A stretch of DNA of 64,000 bases, taken from the NCBI RefSeq assembly GCF_009834535.1, contig NC_045719.1, forward strand, positions 11,966,001 through 12,030,000, given 5' to 3'. A program made the position numbers and the translations under genes. Below, piece after piece: positions 37,109-50,305 of this stretch. This DNA comes from Camelus ferus (Eukaryota). Position 1 is the stretch's first letter, and every line of letters begins with the position of its first letter. The notes under the pieces were generated by a model. The model searched no databases. It was not told the origin of the DNA and worked only from the letters and a program-made list of their open reading frames with translations.

Positions 37109-40100
37109 GTAAGTAGCAAGGACTGAGCTTACAAAGCAGATGCTCCACCATTTGCTGAATTTCCAATAATAAATTTCACCTTTTGAGTTGAGGGAAAAAA
37201 TAACATTGTTCTTCTTTACTGGTAACTTTTCACAAATGATGCAAATGAAAACAGGATCTTTAACTTTGAGGATGTTCTAATGTCATAAATGAAAAGAATG
37301 CAACTTTGTTTTGAAATACTCCTTATCATCTCTACCGGTAACTCTTTATTATTCTCTGTCCACTGGAACTACTCTTTACTCAATACTTGACTGGATTTGA
37401 AAGTGTTCTCCTTTTAGGAAAAAATTGGAACAATACACATTTAGCAGATGGTGCCTCTACAGTCTACGTTTGTAAGCCTTCTAATATATCTTTTCCTAAA
37501 TAATAATTTATGAAGCCCCTTTCTCTGTGAGAATTCTTCTTTGAATTTTTTGCTGGGTTGCTTTTTAAAGAAACAGGATTTCCTTGACCCCCAAAGAGAT
37601 CTTTCTCCTGATAAGATAAAAATACTTCAAACTCAGTACAGATTTTATGTTATAATCTATGTAGTATGGCTGCTTCTTTTTTTTTTTTTTTCTTTTCTAT
37701 TTTTCTGATGAGGAAATTGGGTCCTTCAAACAATCAAGGGCAAATAGATAACTGATGATATCAGTAATCTGCCTCCTGATATTTGACTATTTACCACTAC
37801 GCAGCCATACATTTTTAGTATTATTTACCAACCCAAGTAGCCAACTTTAGCTTTGATGTTGCTGGCCATGTTGTATGAATTTGACATGGGTTTCCAAACT
37901 CAACATCAAGCGGCACATGCTTTGAGTTATTTTTCAAAAATGGCTAAGCTTACCATAGCTTTTTTAAAAAAAATGACACCAGGTTATACATATCTCTTGT
38001 CACTCATTCCCAGCTGATCAAAAACAGCATCATATTTGTAACAACAGCCAGAGTTACAGTCAGGACGCAAACAACTTTCTCCCTAAAAGAAGCTAAACAG
38101 ACTACAGAACAACTTTATTTCACAGTCTTAGCCCCATTAGCTATATGCTTTATGATGCAGCAACTCAGTCTAAAGTAATTTAGCTCAGCTTTGGAATATG
38201 ACTCATTCAGTTATATAATAAGATGAGAGCCACTGAGAATTTTTGTGTTTATCCATATAGAGTAGAGCCATTTCAATAAAGTAATAACGGTAAGCAGAAT
38301 CATAGACACAAAATTGGAAAGAACCAGAGGAACGATCCAACCAAACTCTTCATGAATCTCTTATCAACATCCCTTGCAGGTGATGGCCAAACTCTGTACA
38401 GCTTTACACACATAATCTCATTCTTCCCAGGCCTGGAGAGGTGCCCTTGTTACGAAGTTATTTTTTATTGTGAGAAAAACTTATCTCTGTGACTTTCATT
38501 CTTAGTGCAAGATTCTTTAAACAAAGAAGTAACCAACCAATGAGTGAGGGTCCTGGAAGTCCTTATTTTAATGAGGAATATTTTTGTCTACAATATTATT
38601 TTTCTAAATTCTTTCTCCCATAGCTGGGAGATGGAAGAGGATGTGGGGTGTATGGTCTAAATCAGCAGACAAGACATAGAATCTGAACAGAATAAACAAC
38701 AAACGATATAAAGAAGTCCAGACAGGAAGTCAGAGCCAGAGATGCCCATGGTCTTGGTATCTCGGGAGCATACTTTGATCTAAAGGTGCAGATACTCAAA
38801 CTAGCATCACAAAACACGGAGATATTTACGACTAATTGCCAAAGGTTATGCCCCGACTTTGAAAACTCAGACTATCTTTACAAATATAGATTTCCCGAGG
38901 GCAGGATTTGTGTTCTTTGAAATAACGAGGCGCCAAAAAAATTTCCCCCCATATTTGAGCTGTGTCCATTAGCTATCCTTGACTTCACTTTCCAACAGAA
39001 AGTTTCTTTCACATTCTCAAATAAATGGGACACACTGACAAGCTGTGAATCAGCTGGAGCAAATTAGCTTCACTAATAAAGGGAGTTTCCTCATAAATTT
39101 GGTGATTACTGTTTCCTATTGCCCTAAAAAGATTTTCCAATTATTGAAAAATATTTTATAAAGCAAAACACTCAACACAGTATCAAAGTGACTTGCATTT
39201 TGATTTGAAAAGAAAGCTTAGGATGGTGGGACACTGGAGAGAAAAAATAATGAAGAAAATCTGAGCTCTTTTCCTGCCTCTGTCTCTAGTCCTTGTGTCA
39301 CCTTGGTCACACAGCATATTAGAATCCATGAGCATGGGGGGAATTTAAAGAGGCATCTGGTTTAGCACTTTGGCCAATTTAGCTTTCTTCCCAACTATAA
39401 AGTTTCTTCACGCCCATACCTAGAGGATAGCATTTTAGGAACAGCATAAATAATTTTCCCCCAAGGAGCAATAAGGGCGGTAATCGCATCTGTGAGGCCA
39501 CCAGACACCTCGTCTTCACTTTTTTGTTGTCAGTTGCTAAGGCATTCATGATCAGGTTTTAAAAGAGTCTCAAGGAGAATACAAACACTAATATTTAAGA
39601 GGGAAAGCATGCATCTAGTAAAGTGCCCAGTTGTCTGAGATGAATGCTAAGGTTGAGGAGGAGGACAGATAGATAATTGTTTATATATTTTTGATTAAAA
39701 CAGATTTTTGTCTTCCATTGACTCCACTGGAAACACACCTAATACACTGCTAACCAGACCAAAAAGTCAAAAGAAGGTAACGTTTGGGAGCAACGTATCT
39801 TTGTGTTGGTGGCTCTCACATATCATAGAATAACAGGTTGGTGGACACACTTGGGAAAGGTGACGAGCATAGGTATATATACCAAATTAGAGCCTCTAGG
39901 TCTACTGGCAATTTTAGGGTATTAGGAGCTGCAAGATTGCCCTTATGCAAAGATTTACTTGGTAAGTGAAAACTGATCTTACCGCATGACTTCAAGCCAA
40001 AAGCCAAGTGATGAAAATATGAAAATGTAAAACCTTATTTTTGTATTAGATAGCTAACATTGGCCCCTACTATGTGAGACGGCGCTGTGCCAGCATCATT

Positions 40101-40566
40101 CCCTTCTGGATATATATTCGGTTTAGAAGTCACATGCTTCTTAAAATTCCTCCAAAATGTAAAGATTCTTCTTGGTTAAGCAGTGGACACTGTCTTGAAA
40201 GACATTAACTACATAAATGGCTTTAAGAAAAATAACTGAGACTCACAGATACTTGGGAAAAATGAAATGGCTGTCAATGATTATGACCTTCATATTTTGA
40301 AATCAGTAATAATGGAAAAATCAAAGGACATTCTGTAGCATTTTTGTTTGAATAGAAAGAATGAAAAGGACATGATTGATGTGAAAGAGGAAAAAAAACC
40401 CCTCAATGTATTCATTTATTTTAATTAATTTTAAATCAACCCATTCTAGGACTATGAACTGTTCTATTTTTACGTGAGTTTTTGAATACTAAATTGCAAA
40501 CAGATTTTTTTAAAGGTGGAAGTAAAAACATGAAGTAAAGCTGAGGCCAATTAGTCAAAATCTTAC

Positions 40567-40605
40567 CTGAAGTCGCTCTTTGTTCTCTTCTCTTCCCCAC
40601 TCTCC
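40567..40605 (-). other. Candidate 39-nt exon
   Basis: Acceptor gatctgccttcttgtttcag, donor CAG|gtaaga; purine-rich body resembling an exonic splicing enhancer. Confidence 0.3.
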
Positions 40606-40959
40606 CTGAAACAAGAAGGCAGATCAGTTACAATGAGTGGCCATGAAAACATGATGTAACCAAGATGGACGCCCAGCCCAGTTTACGGCAAATCCCAGAT
40701 CGTCTCTGCTCCAGCCATGTCCAGCCTGCTTCTAGAGATGACTGGGCATAGCCGAAAGGGGTGAAAGGTGTTCTCAAATCAATTCATGGAAGTAAAAAGT
40801 AAATGAGTATGCGTCACATATGCTGCTGGGTTTTAAAAATCCAGTTAATAAGAGTCATTTACTCAACAATAAGCCGACAAGCTGCTAATCCCCATGGAAC
40901 GAAAAACACACCGTTCTAGGTGGGAGCAAACACCTGCATAACATAAGACCACGGCCTCT

Positions 40960-42080
40960 TACAACCTCCTAGGGGAGATAAAGAACAGACAATACAACCT
41001 GAAATGAGATGTGCTTCCAAAGGGTACACATGTTTAAAGATATGAGAGGATGAAACAACTACTTTAAGAAATAAAGGGGTGCCCATGAAGTTATGGAGAA
41101 AATGGTATTTGATTTGGCCCTTGGGAGATACGTATGATTTGGGGAATCTGAAAAAGGGGAAGGATTGATTCTCGGCAAAGAAATAGTATGGGCCGTGTGA
41201 GACAAGGCTATCTCAGCAAGAAGAGTCTGCGTAGGGCTTGCTTTGAGAACCTGAAAGACAGCAGTTTTGAGCAGGATGAGAGCGACCCTAGAGGTTAGGC
41301 AGAGGGGCAAGAGGTTATGGACTGAGTATGTCAGCAGGGGCGGAGAGCAGGGAAGATGGATGTAAGAGAGGGCAGGAAGGCAGAGCTTACGGGGCCCAGG
41401 GAGGGCCTTGTACAAAATGTGAAGAGCAAGGGAGGCGGAACGGTCAGGACGAATGTTTATCTAGGTGACTTGCGGTGTGGTGTTGCAATCCGGGGAAACA
41501 GTAAAAAGCGATGGGGGCACAGGAATGAGGCGTTCTGTTTTAGACTTAAGGAGCTGGAAGTGCTAAAGGGACACGGAGCTTGTGAGAGAGATCAGAACTG
41601 AAATTACAGATGCAGAGAATGTCCATCTTGAGAAGATGGCTGGAGTGGAAGGGGGAAATGGGAACGTAAAAGCAGGCAGAACAGAGGGCTGGGCTGGAAA
41701 CAAAAATGCTACTCTTGTTTTGTGATGTAGGACCATGAGAAGACAGAAGAAGAAGCAGAGATCCACGGAGATCAACAGAACACAGTTGTTCACGGACCAC
41801 AAATCAAGTTTTAGGAAGTATGGGGGATACCAACGGCATCCCATACTGCTGAGTTTCCGTGGCTGTTGTGAGATAGAGATTGTGAGAACAGTTTTAGCGG
41901 AGCTGCGGTAGGGAACACCAGAGAGGCTGCAAGGCCTGGAAGAGTAGTGGGTGATGAGGAAGACGGGGCTGAGGAAGTGTCTTCTTGTTCACAATACGTG
42001 CCAGCACGAAAATGAGTGAGACGCGGCAATACTTTGAGCAGGAGTTAAGTCAGGGTTCCTGGGACACTTCAACATGTTTA
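40960..42080 (-). mobile_element. L2 fragment, reverse orientation
   Basis: Purine-rich degenerate reverse-L2 text (gagggccttgtacaaaatgtgaagag.., gagagatcagaactgaaattacagatg); approximate bounds. Confidence 0.6.
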
Positions 42081-42775
42081 TGGGCCTAAATCAGAAACTT
42101 TGCACCAGAGCAGTGGTGTGTGTCAACACCACAGCTGAGGTGACAGAGACTTGGTTTTGAGACGAGTAAGCGAGGGCCACCCTTCCAGCCATCACTTCCC
42201 TGTCAGCCACCAATTTTTCACAGACGGAGCCGCTTACTGAGCATTTACAGAAGCTGTATGTAAACTTTATCGAAGTTTTTCTACCAGCCCTTTACGTCTT
42301 TCAAAATCCTAAACCATAAGGTGGAAAATGTACAATCTTTCACTCATGCAGCTGCCCAAAGTGTAGAATTCAGCTAACTGGCATCTTGATTAATGGCACA
42401 TTCCATTCACTCGGGTGATTACCAGAGGACTTGTTTGATGCAATTTATTTCAATGATTCAAACAGATAAACGGCATCAATCGTCCGTTTAAAGGCTTCAT
42501 TCATTACCAAGTGTGATGGGGCACCTCCTCATCTGAGACTTGTCTTGGGCAAGCCACTGAAAATTATTTTTGATGATCCATTTTTGTATACTAGGGGCTC
42601 TCAAACATTTTCATGAATGTTAAAAAATGTTATTCATGTCCTGAATTAAAAATAAAGTATATAAAAAAGATTAAAAAACAAAAAACCCATCTCTTTGGAA
42701 AGTCTTTAACTTGTGTAAGAATGACTCATAAATCCTGAAAGTTGACAAGAAATGTAATGAAGGTAAATAATAGGG

Positions 42776-43460
42776 TGTGGTAGTCAGCCTCCAAGGTGAC
42801 CCGACGGTCCTCGTGACCCTCCTCCTGGTGTTCCTGTTCTTGTGTGGTACACTCCCACGCTGAATTAGACTGACTTGTGTAGCCGATAGGATTTTGCACA
42901 AAGGATGAAGTGTGGCTTCTGAGGTTGGGCCTTAAAACACACTGTGGCTTCCATCTTGCTCTCAGATCACTTCCTCCCAGGAAGCCAGATAATACCAATC
43001 AGGACACTCGAGTAGCCTTATGGAGAGACCCAAGCGGCAAGGAAATAAGGCCTCCTGTCAACAGCCAATGAGGAACTGAGGCCTCTTGGCAGTAACCAAT
43101 GAGAAACTGAGGCTTCCAGTCAGCAGCCAATGAGGAACTGAGGCCTCCAGTTAACAGCCAGTGAGGAGCTGGGGACTCCTGTCAATAGCCAAGGAGGAAC
43201 TGAGCCTTCCTGCCAGCAGTCGGCATCAATTTGCTCGGCATCAATTTGCCCGGCATCTGAGCAGCGCATCTCCCAGCCCCAGCCAAACCTTCACATGGCT
43301 GCGGCTCTGGCTGATACCCTCACTGCAACTTCGTGGGAGACGCTGACCCAGAATCATCCACTTAGCCACTCCAGACTTCCCCAGAGAAACTGTATGTGAT
43401 GGTAAATGTTTACCGTTGTTCTCAGCTGCCAAGTTTTGGGTAAACTTATACAGCAATACT
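42776..43460 (+). mobile_element. MaLR LTR (MLT1, F/G/H-like) with internal 31-bp tandem array
   Basis: Starts tgtggtagtcagcctccaagg; contains MLT1 motifs cccagccccagccaaaccttcacatggctgc and a 3' end aagttttgggtaaacttatacagcaata. Confidence 0.85.
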
Positions 43461-43999
43461 ACTTATGGAATGATTTTTTTTATGAAAGGTTAGGTTAATT
43501 TATCTCAACAGAATATACCTACAGCCATGTTAGCTGTGGCAAATCAGTCTGTCTCCCTGACTTTCTCATCTGGAAAGCGGGGATCAGAGCCTGCTTATCT
43601 GGATTGTCCTGAGGCTTAAATACATCCACATGCAGAGCCACCAAGAAATGGAGGAAACTCACACAAAATACTGGGGTTCAAGGTTTCAGAAGGGAGGCTG
43701 GAAGGCGTTGCTGATAATGTCTTTTTCACTGAGATTTCAAACCGTTCTCTGCCCCCGTGTTACATGAAAGGGCTCTGTAAACTGTGGAGGGCTACAGAAA
43801 TGTGTCTTGCTTTATTATGCTATTACTTCTGTTATGGGAATCGACTTAGATTTCTGTTCTTAGTTACATACACACTAAACCTCAAATGAGAAACATTAAC
43901 ACTAGGTAAGTAAGACAATCTTATATTGATCAAGGGACACGGAGACTGAACTGCTTAACTGGAGATAACCCTCTAGGTTTCTTTCTCAGTCTCTTTAGC

Positions 44000-44960
44000 T
44001 TGCTCGGCACAGGTGATCTTATCTCTAGGTGATCATCACCTGCACAGAAAGAGATGCCTCTTCAGACCTACATCTCCAGCTCCAAAATCTGCTTCGGTCT
44101 TAGGCCTACTGGAAATCTCTATTTGTGTTTTCTGCTTCACGACACAAGTCCTTAACTTACACCCTTATATTCCCCTCCAAAACTGCTTATCTTCAGCGCC
44201 ATCCTCCTATCTGCTCAGGCACCCAAACTCGGGACCTAAGAATCATCGGCCCCTCCCTTTCACGCAGCCTCAGATCTAACCCCTCCTTTCTCCCTGCTAC
44301 TGCCCTGGTTCATAAACTCCATATTTTTTCCTGGCTCCATATTTTTTACAGGCTCCTAACCGATTTCATTGGTTTTAGGGATGGTTATTCCATCCCTGCA
44401 GTCTGACCTCAATTAAAGATTAAAATACACGTTCCTGAATATGAAATTTATGACCCTGAAAGATCTGGCCATGACCTGCCTTCTGCTACCACTCAGAACA
44501 CTCACCAGTGATGCTAGGAATTGCACCTCTCACTCCAGCTCTCTGTATGTGACGTTTCTGCTTCCTGGAATGTCCTGTCCTGTCCTTCCTATCCATCAAA
44601 ACTCTACACATCCTTCAGAGCTGAGCTCCCATGCCGAAGCTTCAGTGAAGCCTTTGACTTTGTGCCACCTCCCCCACCTCCCCTCTCCCTACAGAATTAA
44701 TCACCCTTCTTTCTACGCTCCTTTGGCCCTTTATTTGCACCTTTGCTACAGTGCTAACTCCAGTGTTTGGCTTATAATTAGATGCATGTTTATTTCCCCA
44801 ACTGGACTGTGGCCTCCTTTAGGGCGAGGGGTGTATCTTCTCTCTCTCTCCTCACACCTCACAGCGCCTGGAACACAAATGCTTGGGAGCGGGTTGCACA
44901 GAAAGAGTTATGCCCTATTCCAACCCTCCTTCAAATGCTAAAGAACGTGAAATCAATTTT
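44000..44960 (+). mobile_element. L2 fragment
   Basis: ggcctactggaaatctctatttgtgtt, cagagctgagctcccatgccgaagcttcagtgaagcctttg, and a terminal cacagcgcctggaacacaaatgcttgg. Confidence 0.65.
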
Positions 44961-45569
44961 AGTGCTGTTAACACTGGGTGCAAGTACAACCAACAACAGA
45001 GCTTTTACCAAGTATTTACATTACAACTGACAACCTAGAAAACTATTACATTAGAAAAGTGGGTGATAAAACAACAGAGGCTTTCAGAATGATGAACATG
45101 CCCTAGTTGTGCTTTATTGTATCACAGATTCCACTTGAAGAACAAAACATTAAAGTATGGTTTGCAGTTCACTTCCCTTTAAGCCTGGATAGAGCACTCC
45201 ACCTGTGAGGAATAAAAGCGGACCGTAATCTCATAAAAATGGAATTTGCAGGGTCCCATTTTTCTTCTGAGAAAGTGAACATTAAAATTCTACATCTCAT
45301 GGTGATTTATTTATAAAAACCGAGTCTTGATTTTTTAAAAAGCCATTTTAGATTTGGGAGTTGATATTGTTTCACGGAGAATCCTTAAATATATATCCAT
45401 TTATAGCACATTTCAGTACAGAAATAGTCTCTTCATTGAAGTGATTGTTTCTGATGTTTTAAAACCACAAGCACATAAATGGCAATCCAGTGATGTCTCA
45501 CTAATAATGAGTGGGGCATTTGTATCACAACTCAGTATCTCAAGTCACTTCTAATGAACAGAAAATTTT

Positions 45570-45885
45570 GTGTGTACATATATATGCATTTATGCGTATA
45601 CACAGATATAAATAGTGGGTGTACACACATACGTGTATATGTGTATGTATATGCATATATATGCATGTATATATAATGCACTGCATACATGTACATGTGA
45701 GATATACACACACACACACCTATATTTTTACAATCATAGTCTACAAATATAAATAGTGAGTATACACATGTACATGCATATATACAATGCACTACATATA
45801 TGTACATGTGAGATATATATATACACATATATATACACGCACAAACATATATACCTCCCATATTTTTACAATCAGACATAGTCTA
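45570..45885. repeat. Alternating purine-pyrimidine low-complexity tract with a duplicated ~140-bp unit
   Basis: The motifs atataaatagtg, aatgcact.cata.atgtacatgtgagatata and atatttttacaatca each occur twice about 130-140 bp apart. Confidence 0.85.
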
Positions 45886-47619
45886 ATCTCCAAAAGATCC
45901 TCTCTTCTACCTGCCTCTATCCTTGTGTAATCAAGTCTGTCATGGAATCTTATCGAGCTTCCCTCATGCACTACCAGTTTCTCAGTAGCCAGTTCTGAGT
46001 GTGCATTCACTTGCAGGCATTTTATCTGCCCTGCTCCGAGAGGTATTATTAATCACATCCTGTTGCTAGGATACCTGAGAATGTTCATTTGTGTCCGATG
46101 TTTCTTTGGCAAAATGCACTACGAAGAAGGCATAGAATCATGACAAGGAAAATTACTGTGCACGTGCTACTTATTCAAAAAGAGGCAGCAGGGGAGGCGG
46201 GGAGTAGCATAACTACCAGATGATATAATGTGAACTCCCATGAATTTGTTTTTTAACATCGTTTTGTTTCACCTAGATTTTAATGGAAAAACATTGGCAA
46301 TATTTGCAAAATAAGAATCTGTAGTATGTCCGTACTTCTGAGTTAACTAGGCAAAGTGGAAGGAGGCAGGGTTTTGATTCTGTTTACTTCACGGGAACTC
46401 AGAGAGGAAGGGGCTTTAAGAATTACTCACTTCAAATGCCTCAATTTCAGACAAGGTTACTAGGTGACAGTGCCAGCTGATTTGCAGAGCCAACCTAAAA
46501 ACGAGGTCACCACCATTGCCATGTTTAGCTATTTTAATGCAAGACTTATAAGAAAAGTAATCTTCAAAATGTGCATTTGGGTAATGAGGGGAAAAATGTC
46601 TTTATCGATACCTTAAAAACATGACTGCTGTTTTGGGTATGAGTATACCAAAGATTCCTGCTTATTGATTGTAATGAGAGAACATATGAATATGTAAAAT
46701 CCAGCTAAATGCAAGATTTTCTTTGTCAACCTCTTCCCACAGGACACAGCATGATACAGTGAAATAAACATGGACTTTGGAGTTGGATGGACTAACTTTC
46801 CATCTTAACCAGTGGTACCTATGAGCTATGTGGTCTGGGAACAAGGCAAAGAACATCTCCTCAGTGCATGGTCCTTTCTGTTCTCTTCTCTTTTCTCTCT
46901 AGGGCTTGTGTGTCTGTGTTGTGTGCACACAAGACATATATATGTACATACACACACACACACAGTATCTGTTTACCTATCATCCACCTATCAAATTGAT
47001 CTATCTGTACCTACTTATCTCTTGTACTTCAACTGAAAACAGAAACAATTTGAGTTTTACTTCCATTATCGTTTCCAAGTAATATTCGCACAGTGCTGTC
47101 ATTATACACATGCTAATCGTAGTAGCTCACGTTTACTGAACAATACTTGTGTGCTCACCACTGTTATCAGCATATTTTATGTTAATTCATTTTCTCTTCA
47201 AAATATTACACAATTTTAGAAACATTTTACCTATCTTCAGGTAAGGAAACTTGGTTCAAATTTGTTACATAACTTTGCCAGATCACTGAACTACTTAGTG
47301 GCCAATAAATCATGAAAGGACAGAAAAATAGTTGTGGGGAAAAGGCAGGGAGGATTCGGGTTAGGATATTTATCCACAAGCCATTTATAATCAGTTTCTA
47401 GGTTTGGAAGGTTCCCTGAATAAAGGAGTTTGTCAAAAATATTTCAGCAGACTTTTTAAAAAAAAAAAAAAACTAGCTGTTTATTATTTATCAAGTTATT
47501 TGCTTGAATGAATGAGCTGCCATTTTAACTGCTAAACACCTAATCATAATATTCCACGAGTAGAATGCCCCAAAGACCTTCAGATTTTGAACTTTTTTTT
47601 AGTAGTTTAGTATTTAGTT

Positions 47620-48020
47620 AGTACCTACCATGAATTGGGGACTCTAATGACACTTGAACATCATTTAATTTAGTCTTCACAATAACTCCATGGAGGAGAC
47701 GATAATCACTTCCATTTTCCAGTGGAGAAAAGAGGCTCAGAAAAGTTTCTGAAAGGGGCACAAGGTTCCAGTTAGTGATTGGCAGGACTTGACTGTGAAC
47801 CCAGGGATTGGTACCCTTCCTGAGTGCACTGGCGATGGGGATTAAGGGCAGCTCTGCAGTGTGGGGAAGAACTCAGTTTCCGCTCTCGCGTGGAATCAGT
47901 GCGGGATTCTGGGCACTTCACTTACCCTCTCTGCATTGTATTTATCTGGAAATGGGGGTAATACTAGTTCTTACTTTGCAGGGTCATTGTGAGGGTTCAA
48001 TAAAACGTTTACATGTTTGG
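47620..48020. mobile_element. Two MIR SINEs head-to-head
   Basis: Minus copy at about 47620-47800 (cttcacaataactccatggagg...gagaaaagaggctcagaaaag). Plus copy at about 47860-48020 (cttcacttaccctctctg...ggaaatgggggtaatactag...gtcattgtgagggttcaataa). Confidence 0.7.
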
Positions 48021-49779
48021 TGTATGATGCTATCACATTTATAAAATTCTCACTTCAGCGCCTGGGAAACAGCAACCTGGCGCATTGCCAGGTGCTTCTC
48101 TTTACGGACGTTCCACATCAGGTGGTCCATAGTAACAGGATACTTCTTTATATTCTCAGGGTCAGTGGCTTCATTTACACAAATATTATAAAGTTCAGCC
48201 TTTGCGAGTTTCTCAATTTTTTTTTTTTTTTTTACCATCACTTCTCTCTCTTGCTTCCCCTTAGAATTTCTAAGAGAGAAACAGCTCCCTACTTGGGTGA
48301 AGCCCTTTCCTCTCCGCTTCGTGGCATAACTCTTTCCAAATACAAGTTGGCTTGATGAAACACACACTGACGTGGCAAAACCCTCCCCGATTAGGAGCTA
48401 AGGTGACACGATTTCAGAATCCAGAGTTTGTGGTTCGAATCCCTCCCCACAGTCTGTACTGACCAGCAGCTGTGGAACTGCCCACAGTCTAATACGATCT
48501 AAACAGAAATCGGAGGATCTCACTGCCAGAACTGACTCACTGAAACAAGTGGTAAGACCTTGGACAAGTAACTTGGCTTTTCCAAGATTCATAGGTCTCT
48601 TTAGTTAGACAGGTAAATACTATCTTTTAATGATACCAAAAGAAATTGTACAAACAGGGATGTGAGAGGATCTCAAGTGCTGTTCTATAGGGCAGGAACA
48701 GAGAAGCTTAACTGGGCCACTTTGAAGACCAGCTAGTCTACAGAATAGAAACTGGATAGTTTCTGTTTCTGTCAATTGTATAAAAAGGCAGGCAGAGAAG
48801 GTTATTTTATTATTGATGCCTGGATTTAGGCTGGTGTTGAAATGGCATCAGCCTCAGCAGACCCTGTGGTGAGCCTCTGTATGGCTGGGTTTAGAGAAAC
48901 TCCACTTGCTCTTTTGTCTGTTTCTCTTTGGTGAGCTGAGGCGTTGCGAGGACACTTAGGCAAAGACAGCCATTATGAACACGCTGCGTGCTGGGAGCTC
49001 CAGGCAGCGTACCTTGCTGCAGAAAGCGGCCCTTCAGAAACATATTGATACAGATAGATCTGGGCCTCCGAGGTTGGCCTGCTGCCTTGGCAGAGCTGAC
49101 ACTCCATCTGCACTCCCCAGCCCTGGGGTCCGCCATCCATCACAGCGTGTAGAAGGCCTGAGAAAGACTGAGTGCACAAAGATTTTTCCTGGGCTGACCG
49201 CTCAGCAGAGAAATAGTACAGTCAGCGTGAGAAACAATAGTTTTATGTTCTCTCGGAAATTCTCAAAGTACAGAATTTCTTCCCACTTAGATCCACCTGA
49301 CAAGCACATAATGAATGTGACAAGCAACCGTTCCTTCCAGATTCCCAACACTGGCCTGGGTGAATTAAATCTTAGTGCAAATTTTGATATTCAGAACCTC
49401 ATTCTGAAGCAGTCAGTTGTTGGCAGAGAAGTTTTTTGGAAGACTTTTAGATGAAGTCAGACTGGGAAAAAAAAAAAAATCCCCAAAACAAAAAACCAAC
49501 CTCATCCCCAGTGATTGCCAGGTCATAAAACATCTCTGCAAAGTGGGAACTCTAGTCATAGTAATAGATGCTTCAGCTACTGACCAAAGCATTTCTACTT
49601 TCCTTTGTACCATAATACATTTCGAGTAAGTTGTGATGTGATGTGAACAATTTTTAAATGACATGATATTCTCAATGTCCTTGGAAGTTCATTCTGTAAA
49701 AGAAGCAGGAATGAATTATTTTGAAAACTCAAGAATCTTTTCGTAACACACTGACTCACTCCTGTACTGCAATAACAAT

Positions 49780-50305
49780 GACCATATGTTAAGAAGTGGA
49801 GTCAAATTTCCTGCCTGCTCAATCGTCTGGGCCTTCGTAAATTGCTTGACTAATAGAATATGCTAGAAATGCCTGTTTCTTGGTTTGCGCCTTGAAAATC
49901 AGGCAGCTTCTACTTCTTGAGTCTTTTAACAATACTTGCTCTGAGAGAAGCCGGCCCCCAGGTAAGAAGTCAGACTAGCCTGAGACCGCCATGCTGCGAG
50001 GAAGCTCAAGCCGCCCACACACAGAGGCCACGTGGAACATGAGCTGCCTGGACCTGTACAGGACCCTCAACGCGCAGTCCCAGCCGTCCCGACCCAGGTG
50101 CCAGGCGTGTGTGGATGATGACACCATCCTGGATATGGGTCCTCCAGCCCCAGTCACCTCAGCGAACAGCCATACAGATTAGACAAACTGCCCAGCTGAA
50201 CCTTTCCAAATTCCTAACCTACAACACTGCAAGCAAAATAAATGTTTGTTTGATACCATTAAGTTTTGGCATACTTTGGTACGCACCAACGGATAATAAA
50301 AACAA
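49780..50305 (+). mobile_element. MaLR LTR (MLT1-like)
   Basis: gagaccgccatgctgcgaggaagctcaagcc; ctgcccagctgaacctttccaaattcctaacc; aaataaatgtttgtttgataccattaagttttggc...cggataataaaaaca. Confidence 0.8.

Noticed and set aside
43041-43212. CRISPR-like repeat array
   Set aside because: These are tandem units with no unique spacers, inside a mammalian MaLR LTR. Not CRISPR.
47620-48020. Inverted MIR pair as a dsRNA or miRNA hairpin
   Set aside because: The copies are too diverged for extended pairing as far as I can see by eye.
48050-48367. Protein-looking minus ORF (AELYNICVNEATDPENIKKYPV...)
   Set aside because: It runs through a poly(A) tract (KKKKK), has no convincing acceptor, and matches nothing I recognise.
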